64,000 bases of DNA, from positions 192,001-256,000 of the forward strand of contig CAVXZB010000024.1 in the NCBI GenBank assembly GCA_963765895.1. Reading direction: 5' to 3'. Both the position numbers and the translations under genes were made by a program. This document shows positions 54,896 through 64,000 of the stretch, piece after piece (the stretch's first letter is position 1; every line of letters starts with the position of its first letter). The notes under the pieces are model-generated. The model searched no databases. It worked only from the letters and a program-made list of their open reading frames with translations, and was not told the origin of the DNA. This DNA is from an uncultured Nitrososphaeraceae archaeon (GTDB lineage Archaea > Thermoproteota > Nitrososphaeria > Nitrososphaerales > Nitrososphaeraceae).

Positions 54896-55516
54896 TTAAA
54901 CCTTCATCATAGTTGCAAACAATGCTTTAGGCCAAGGCACTAAATTTCCCTGAAAAACGGTCTCATTTATGCCTTCAATTTGGAATGATTCTCGCTCAAA
55001 CATATCCATTATCTCATTTTCTGAGAATTTGTATGGCCCATCATTCCTTAATTCTTTGTCACTGAAAACTTTTAAAAATAGTAAGCCATGATACTTTAAC
55101 TTTTTATTTACTTGGATGATATAGGTTAGCCTTTTATTAATCGGAAGGAAATGAAAACATCCGCGGTCAAAGATATAGTTAAATTCGTTATCATTTATCT
55201 TAGAATTTAAGATATCATCTACTATAAAATCGATGTGTTTTATCTTATCATTTTTGTTTTCACCCATTATTTTTCTTGCTGCGATAATAGCGGCCTCAGA
55301 TATGTCAGAACCTACGACTCTAAAGCCCATATTGGCAAGTTGAAAAGCCTGAGTGGCCGGTCCAGTGCCTAAATCCAGAAACATCCCTTCTTTTATATGC
55401 CTGCTCTCTAATTCTCTCCTTAAATCTTCATCCAAGATTTTACTATACCAGGGCATGGTCTCAACTTTTTGGTTTTTATACAGGTTGTCCCAATCTGGAA
55501 ATTTCTTTTCTATCAT
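54896..55516 (-). CDS. Class I SAM-dependent methyltransferase
   Basis: WDNLY..MPW, FLDLGTGP, GSDISEAAI, IFDRGCFH. Confidence 0.88.
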   Translation of the reverse strand: MIEKKFPDWDNLYKNQKVETMPWYSKILDEDLRRELESRHIKEGMFLDLGTGPATQAFQLANMGFRVVGSDISEAAIIAARKIMGENKNDKIKHIDFIVDDILNSKINDNEFNYIFDRGCFHFLPINKRLTYIIQVNKKLKYHGLLFLKVFSDKELRNDGPYKFSENEIMDMFERESFQIEGINETVFQGNLVPWPKALFATMMKV

Positions 55517-55865
55517 GAATAAACAAATTAGATATATCGGACTAAATTAGGATTCTGACCCATAAGTGTGATAATCAGGGGCTGATTCGTCTAGTTGGGA
55601 AAAAATTGCTTTCAATGATATAAACTCTCTCTTTGCAACACCATCATCGGACGTGTAATATCCTATGGAAAGCTCCCGGCTTCAACAGGACTATTCACGA
55701 TCCAATTAGTGCGTGACGGTAATGATGCTTGTGACATTTCTTTGAGGAATTGCTTTGCACCTTTGTAGCGCCATAATCATACCTGCCATCCGACCCATGG
55801 AATAGGCAAAAAAGTAGAATATTCTTTAACCGAGGATGCAACAAAACAAATACGACTGAACCTTC

Positions 55866-57190
55866 TTGGGGTACCAATGGGACAAAATTATCCTTTTTAG
55901 AAAAATCTATCAAACGATGCTATTTAATGATATATCTGAAAGCTTACCAGTTAGAGTCGAGTCAGAAGAACAGTTTAACCAGATGATTTTATCAGAATTA
56001 CGAGTTAACAGTAATGATCTGCAATGGGCACGAAAAGCAACCGGAGATAATGTTGACAGTGTAGACCTAATATACGAAACTCCACGTAGGAAAGATCGTC
56101 GAATGATTACTAACAAATATTGGGCAGAGAGAAAAGGTCAAACAATTGTCTTGGAAGATATAGAATTCATATGTTATCCGTAGCTTCCAAAGGCAATTTA
56201 GATGTTATTCTTAAGAGAATTGAATATTGGCAAATTAACAAACATTCGGATAATGTAAAATACAATGAAGAGTACTTATGTGAATTACATGGATTCTCGC
56301 AAGAGGAGGTGACTCGAAAGTGGGAGATTCAAATATGACGATGTGATTCTTGCCTTTAATGCCCTCCGAGAACTAGGTTTGATTAAGCCAGCTATTGAAT
56401 TCCAAGGTAAGATTAGGTTCATAATATCAGATAAGAAATCACATGAATTACTGATAGATATGCGGACTATTCATGGAGCAGAGATTTCCTATCTAGTGGA
56501 GAAATGGAAATACTTCGATGCGCCAACTCCTGAAGAAAAAAATAGAATAGCTAGTCTTTTCGGCGAACATGAAGCTATCAGGTTCTTCAGACAATTACAT
56601 CTTGCAAGATCTCAACATAATATGGACCTAAAAAAAATTAAAACTGCAGATGAATACAATGAATATATTAAAAAGGAGTGCACAGATTTTTTGTGGGCTC
56701 TAGATATTGATACAGAACTGGAGAATTATAAAGAAAAGGAAAGAGGAAACAGAGAACTAGTAACAGATAAGGAACGAAAAGATGATGTATACAAGTTCGT
56801 CAAATTTAGGAAAGAAAAATTGTACAACCATTTGAAATACTTACCTGCTAATTATGAATATGAAGGTATAGATGACTTAAAGATGACTATAGCGATACTC
56901 TTAGAAAATATCTTTTTTTTCAACCTGTTTTAAAAGAGATTTGTCCTAAAGCATTAGAGGCAATCGATGAATCAGAATCTGAAGTGGAAGAGCAAAATAT
57001 ATCTCCGATTGAGAAGAAGAGGAAATCTTCGACTGTTACTCGTAAAAAAATTGCTAGAGGCACAGATAATAAGCATTCTCCTTCTAAAAGTAAGAAGATA
57101 GTGAAAATACCATATGAATTGATGAAAGTCCATAATCCTCGAAATAATACAGTTGAAGAAGTTGTGGTTTCAGATTTCACAGATATATAG
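55866..57190 (+). pseudogene. Fragmented hypothetical gene(s) convergent with the second integrase
   Basis: Successive + strand ORFs with Lys/Glu-rich coding-like composition; no motif recognised. Confidence 0.45.
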
Positions 57191-57213
57191 ATTATATTCA
57201 CTAGGGAACAAGA

Positions 57214-58375
57214 TCATATTTGCTTCACTAATGCCTCTGGCTTAACCTGTGCCAGTTTAGGATTGTGTCGTATCATTTGCATCATCTGGGCCATTTGGTT
57301 TTGCACTGCCTCTAAATCTTTCCTGTACCGTTTTTCAAGTTCCATTATCTGATCACTTTTGAACTGCAATTCAGTTACCTTAGTGGTTAATCTATATTCT
57401 TCGTTTATAGTTAGATCATTAATTGCTGCCAGATAACCAAGGGCCTTGTCATTGCCTTCTAGCAGTTCCATGTCTGAGGGTTTGAAATAACTCTTGGTGA
57501 GGCCAGAATGGTGTCCCATAACGTATTCTGAATAAAGAGGATTTACACCCGCATTGATACATGTCGTTTTAAAGTATTTTCTAAAGCCATGAGTCTGCAT
57601 TAGTTCTGAGCGCTGTTTGATTTCACTGGGTGCTCTTACTCCTGACGCATCAAGTCTGCTTTTGTATCATTGTGGCTATCAGTTGCGAATTAATAGGATT
57701 GGGTCTATTAGCCTGGAGGATTGGGTCGAAGATCGTTCTAAATAATGGTGAATTTGGTTGCAGTTTTTCACCCTGCCTTTGTCTATATTCTAGGTATTGG
57801 TCTATTGCATTAGCACATTCTGGAGTACAGAATGTTACGTAATTTTCCTGCTCTTTCTTGTAGACGTTGATGCTGTATAACTGATATTTCTCAATTTTTT
57901 TAATGTCTCGTAATCTCAGATTAGGTATTGCTCCCCGTCTTAGTCCTGCTGAACACATTGTAAGTATAATGGCCCTGTCACGTAATGTGCAGGAGTCCAA
58001 TAGTGTCTTTATCTGCTCTCTGGAGTAAGGTCTATCTTCAACAACACTTCTATTTTTGGCTTTTAATTTCTTTAGCTTTTTCCAATTTATAGTCACATCA
58101 TTCATCTCGTAAAAGTGGGTAATTGCTGCAATGTAGAGGGACACCGAAGCGGGTGCTAATCTCTTATTATGTCTTAGATGGACAATATAATCTCTTAATA
58201 GTCCCTCTAGCGTAGTCTTATCAAAACGCAACATATCGTCATAACTCGTTTTTTTACAAAAATGCATAAAGTAAGGAAATGTCTTTCTGTAAGATTCTTT
58301 TGTTGCATCGCTATCAATGCTATTAATAAAATTCTTGTATGCCTCGGACTCCTCCAGAAGTTGTTGATCTGACAC
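57214..58375 (-). CDS. Tyrosine recombinase/integrase (XerC/D-like), frameshifted near 57640
   Basis: RDRAII..SAGLRRGA, YKK, THGFRKYF, MGHHSGL..SYF. Confidence 0.9.
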
Positions 58376-58482
58376 ACCTAGAATAGCTCTACGCAGATAA
58401 TTAAAGGTAGTATGTATGATTGTTAAATAACATTAAAAGTATATAACATAGAAAAATTATATATGTAGGTAACAAAAATGTC

Positions 58483-61400
58483 ATGTCTAAGTTAGTCCTT
58501 GTAAACCAGCTAATTAGAAATCGGAAGGTGGCTACCGGAACCGGTTTTGCAGTGATTTTCATTGTAATAGTCGATCTGCTCATGACACGTCAGATACTTG
58601 CATATACAAACTTCACAGAATTTGTTATGTTTATTTTGACCATAGTTATAGGATATGGTGTAGGTTCTTGGGTCCTTTTGGGGTATACCGAACAAGTGAG
58701 TAAAGAGCTTAGGTCCAAGTCACGATTTATCAAGTTCAGTAACTGGGTCGTAATAATAAGTCAATATTCGTTTTTAGCTATACTATTATTCATTCTTTTT
58801 AGTAGTACCACTGGATTTTTGTCTCCTTTAGTTTTTGGAGTAAGTTCCGTATTAGCGACCATAATTATGGGAATAATGACCCTCAAATTTTTTTCCTGGT
58901 ATAGATTAAGTAGTAATAAAAAGAATTTGACACTCCTGTTATATGGCCTAGCGAGCATTAACGTTGGCAATGTCGATAGCAGAGGACGCCGCTACTAAGT
59001 TGTCAATGATCGATATAGTACATGAAAGATCACCTCCTGGGGTCATCCCAAAATCCTCTTTTCTGTACAAACACTCTAGTAAATATAACGGCGAAATAGA
59101 ATACAAAGTGGTGAACCCGAGCACCACCACACTCTATTTACTACCAAATTCAAACTTGATGTTTTACAACCTTTTGAATTCGATAGTGCTTCCTGTGGGA
59201 TTCATATTTAGATGGATGGCTTCGGTTGTACTGTTGCGAAGTCTTTATCATAGAATGGGAAAGATGCCTTTATCATTTTGGATAATTCTTTCTCTGCCTC
59301 TAATATTCTATTTGATAGGAAAGATGCCTGGGTTCTTTTCCGGTGAAAGCATCTCAGGTGTTGATGAACCATACAGATATTTTTTTAGAGCATTGTTCAG
59401 GGCAGGTACAGTAGGCGGAAATATTCTTTTTGGAGTACCATTTTTTATAGCCGCTAGAGGTATGATTTCATCAAAAGTAAAGGATTATCTCATTATTTGC
59501 GGTATAGGAATTACTTTGGTGGGTATATGTCTTTCAACATCTGCCTTACAGCAAACGTACGGAATGGCTGCTCATTCGCTAGTATTACTATCTTCGTATT
59601 TGTTCACTGTCGGGTTTTATTCTTCGGTAATTTCCGTGTCTCAGGATAAGACGCTGCGAGAGTCTATAAAGAGATCAGCCACGGATGTTTCTAGGCTGCT
59701 CGATGTTCTTGGATCTCCCCAATTGAAACAGGAGATTGAAACTAGAGTCCTGAATATAGCGAAAGAGCAGCAGCAAGTTCTCACAAAACAAACTGGAATA
59801 TATCCATCCATAACAGAGCTTGAAATGAAACAATATCTTGGTAAGGTGCTTAAGGAGATAAAAGTTCTGAGTAATGTTGATGAAATTCTAAAAAAAGGAA
59901 GGGATATTTTGGAAAAGTCCCTCGATTATATGGTTTGTTCAAAATTCGGTAACCTGCGATTAGTCTACAATAATTACTTTGATCTGTATGAGAAAGTAAT
60001 GACCACTAAATATAAAAATCTGCAACACAATGGTATCAGATTGGTTACCTCTATAGATACAGACAGTGTAGAATTGGTTAAGAAATTTGTCAACAAAGGT
60101 ATTCAAATAAGACATGTAAGAAATATGCCACCAATCGATTTTGCCCTTTCAGATAAGGAGATGATAGCAACAATACAAAAAACTGAGGGCGGATATGAGA
60201 TCCAAAATCTTCTGGTTAGTAACGAGCCAGCATATATGAAGCACTTTGTATCAATTTTTGAAGAACTTTGGAAAGGAGGAATCGAAGCCAGTGAAAGAAT
60301 AGATGCAATTGAGCAAGGCATAGAATCCGAGTTTCTTGAAGTTATAAGTGATAGAGAAAAAGTAAGTCAAATTCTTTTCGATCTATCTAAATCTGCGAAG
60401 AAAGAGGCACTCTTGCTTCTACCTAACGATACCGCCATGTTGAGGATGGAGAAAATGGGCGTGATTGAATGCCTAATAAATGCGTCGACCAAAATTAGTG
60501 CATCGATAAAAATAATTTGTCCTATGTCGTCTAGGAATTCTGATATCATCCAATATATATCTAACCGTGCTCCAGACATCAAGATCCTTAATGGTGCAAA
60601 TTCATCTTCAGGCATGTTCATTGTTGACAGTATCAAATTTCTAAGAGCCGAGCTTAAGTATCCTGATGCACAGGATTTCTCGCAAGCAATAGGTTTCAGC
60701 ATATATTCGAATAGTAGGAAGAGTGTTGAATCATTTAAATCGATTTTTGAATTGCTTTGGGAACAGACCGAATTATCAGAAAAGCTAAGAAAGGCAAATA
60801 TGCTGTTTGAAATTGCAAATGAACAGTTAAAAACTCGCGATAAACAACAACAAGAATTTATTAATATTGCAGCCCACGAATTAAGAACACCTATACAGCC
60901 AATACTTGGACTCACAGAAGTTGCACTCTCGAGAACAAGCGATAAGGAACAGGTAGAGTTATTGGGTATTGTTAACCGGAATGCAAAACGATTACGTGGT
61001 TTGACAGAAGATTTGCTAGATGTAACAAGGATTGAGAGTCAATCTCTCAAGTTAACTAAAGAAAGAGTCGAGTTAGGCGATATATTACAATCAGCAGTGA
61101 CCGATTTTCAAAACCACATCGCTAAACTACATGACAATAATGGAAATGTAGCTTTCACATGTAGAATGAAAGAAAATGTATTTGTGCTGGCAGATAAACG
61201 TAGAATTACACAAGTTGTCTCCAACTTGTTGAGCAATGCAATAAAGTTTATTGACCAGGAAGGTGGCAACATTCAAATAATAACAGAAATGGCTCATATA
61301 CACGATCGTCTTAGTAACAGTCATATTGTCGTAGCTATAAAAGATACAGGAAAAGGAATAGATCCTCAAATAATGCCAAGATTATTTTCCAAATTTAGTA

Positions 61401-61540
61401 CAAATTCACAACAGGGAACTGGTCTAGGTCTTTATATCTCCAAAAATATTGTGGAAGCACATGGTGGCAGAATATGGGCAGGAAATAATGAAGATGGTAT
61501 AGGAGCATGTTTTTACTTTACTCTTCCAATTGCAACGTAG
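58483..61540 (+). CDS. Multi-TM sensor histidine kinase, frameshifted near 58960
   Basis: Many TM helices; two tandem domains ending FEELW/FELLW; H-box AAHELRTPIQPI, N-box NLLSNAIKF, DTGKGI, GTGLGL. Confidence 0.92.
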
Positions 61541-62256
61541 ATTCTTTAATCCATTTGTAGTTTTTTTACATATACATTTATCGGATTTTATTTCTAAATG
61601 AATCCATATTTAAAATATAATCCCCTAGGTATCTAGTCTATTAATTTGCCAAAGCTAGAGGTCAGGACAGTCTTTTAGCATCTGATTGTGACAAGAAGTG
61701 TCACATCTGGTATCTTATTTCTGGTAACGATTTCATATTGGAAAGGTATAAACAGTGGACTTTCTTGTGCTCACTGTTGATTCGTTCTCGAGTTTATAAC
61801 AAATACATTTGATATTTGTTTATCATCATGCAAATATAAGGCCATTGTCGATCTGGGTTCGGTGGTTCTCGCACTAATTGCAGTTCAAAAAAGAAACTCA
61901 ATGATAGTAACATTATTCTAACTATTAAGTTTTCTGTCAAAATTAGCCTTCGAACGGCTTGATAACAAGTTTTACAAATGTTGGAGCAAGAATTACACCG
62001 AATCCACGAATTTACATCATAATATCCAAAAAATATAAAGCTAAATTAGTTGAAATACTATTAACAAGAAATGGCTAATCCATAAGCTGCCTCTTACACC
62101 TGCTACACCAAAAGTTATTAAACTAATAATACTAAAGATCACGAAGAACTTATTTCAATAACTGAAAAATAGACACTTGACTACCAAAAAGACGTACATC
62201 CAAGGGGCAAAGTGGTCTTAACTGTATGATGAACAACTGCACTGGAAGAGATAACA

Positions 62257-63932
62257 ATGTCCAATGCACGTAGGGGACTTCCCCTAACCAGCTCCCGTAT
62301 TGAGAAAATATTTCCAAAATTAACACCACAGCAAATTCGTCGCATTGAAGCATATGGAAGAATGCGTTCAGTACAGCCTGGTGAAGTGCTAATAGAGCAG
62401 GGAGACAAATCGGTACCGTTCTTTGTTGTTATAACGAGCGAAGTGGAGATTGTGCGCCCCTTCGATGCCTATGAAACCCTTGTGACTGTCCATGGTTATG
62501 GCGAATTCACAGGAGAAGTCAACATGCTCTCTGGCCGGCAGATCTTTCTTTCGGGCACTTGCTACGAAGCCAGGCAAAGTAATCGAACTGGATCACCAAC
62601 AAATGCGGACTTTGGTACAGACTGATGCTGAACTCAGCGATATACTGATGAGGGCTTTCATCCTACATAGAGTCGAATTGATAGCTGCTGGTGTTGGAGA
62701 TATTATTCTTATCGGATCAATACATTCTGCCGGGTATTTGCGGATCAAAGAGTTCCTGATGCGCAATGGACATCCATACTCTTACATAGACCTGGAACAT
62801 GACCCTGACGTACAGAATCTATTGGATAGTTTTCAAATTTCGGCCAGCGAAATTCCCGTTTTAATCTGTAGAGGCCAAATAGTACTCCGCAATCCGGGTA
62901 ACCAACAAATCGCAGACTGCCTTGGCTTTACCGAATCCCATTGACCAAACCCAGGTGCGCGATGTTGTCATCATCGGAGCTGGTCCCTCAGGGCTCGCGG
63001 CCGCTGTATATGGTGCTTCAGAAGGACTAGATGTTATGGTACTAGAAACTGGTTCTCCTGGCGGTCAGGCTGGCTCAAGCTCAAGAATTGAAAATTACTT
63101 GGGATTTCCTACCGGGATCTCCGGCCAAGACATAGCAGCTAGGGCTTACCTCCAGGCTCAAAAGTTTGGTGCAGATATGCTCATTGCAAAGGCCACAAGA
63201 CTCATCTGCGATCGCAGACCATACATAATCGAACTTGAGAATGGGACTAGAATTTCTACTCGCACTATTGTGATTGCCACTGGTGCTCAATATCGAAAGC
63301 TACCATTGGAAAACCTGTCCAGATTTGAAGGTGCAGGCGTATACCATGGGGCTACCTTTGTGGAAGCGCAGTTGTGTGGAGGCAAAGAAGTAATTGTAGT
63401 TGGTGGGGGAAACTCAGCTGGCCAGGCTGCTGTGTTTCTGGCACAGACTACAAAACATGTACATATGCTAGTCAGGTCCTCCGGTTTGGCTGCTACTATG
63501 TCTCGATACTTGATTCGTAGAATAGAGAATAGCCCTACGATCACATTACGACCACAAACGAAGATTGTAGCCGTAGAAGGAGATAATCAGCTCGTTTTCG
63601 TGTACTGGCGAAACAGTCAAACAGAAGATACCGAGAAACACGAAATCAGTCACATATTTGTCATGACTGGCGCCGACCCAAACATCCATTGGCTCGATGG
63701 CTGCATTGCACTAGACGATAAAGGTTTTATAGGGACCGGCCCTGATCTGTCGCCTGAAAGTCTTAGCGCCGCAGGCTGGTATCCTACACGTCAACCATAT
63801 TTGCTTGAAACTAGTTTGCCAGGTATTTTTGCAGTAGGTGATGTCCGAGGCGGTAGTATCAAACGGGTTGCATCCGCAGTGGGTGAAGGATCAATTGTAA
63901 TCTCGTTTGTTCATAAAGTACTCCAGGAATAG
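62257..63932 (+). CDS. cNMP-binding domain + thioredoxin-reductase-like flavoprotein, frameshifts near 62545 and 62935
   Basis: [15 protein letters not shown]; [64 protein letters not shown]. Confidence 0.9.
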
Positions 63933-64000
63933 GAAATACATGGTAGGAATAACGGCTATACTAAACGAAGTATAGAATACAGCACAAAATACAGAAGACA

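Overview
Low-GC archaeal DNA, most likely from a soil ammonia-oxidising archaeon (Nitrososphaerales), judged from the gene families present. 1-16 kb is mostly intact core genes: MCM, GINS, RFC small subunit, P-II, tRNA-Arg(TCG), an aminotransferase, a beta-CASP nuclease, TyrRS, a HAS-like GT2, MntR and GH130. This part also holds an IS5 relic and a secreted peptide with 28 consecutive His. 18082-42389 is a ~24.3 kb integrated element bounded by a 21-bp direct repeat with a dif-like 11-6-11 layout. It carries a tyrosine integrase, an RHH protein, a primase-polymerase/SF3 helicase and a candidate origin. Its cargo is punctuated by 6-8 co-oriented copies of a non-coding unit of up to ~250 bp whose hairpin shows compensatory base changes. 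The element also has two copies of a structured leader RNA plus a small CxxC protein, and three TATA-preceded GC-rich hairpins. 42-64 kb is a decayed accessory region: TFB, SDR, PQQ beta-propeller, Ser/Thr kinase, Zn-ADH, a primase relic, a second integrase, a sensor kinase and a cNMP-TrxB-like reductase. Many accessory genes are frameshifted; sequence alone cannot separate real decay from long-read indels. All calls come from reading motifs by eye; no database search was run.
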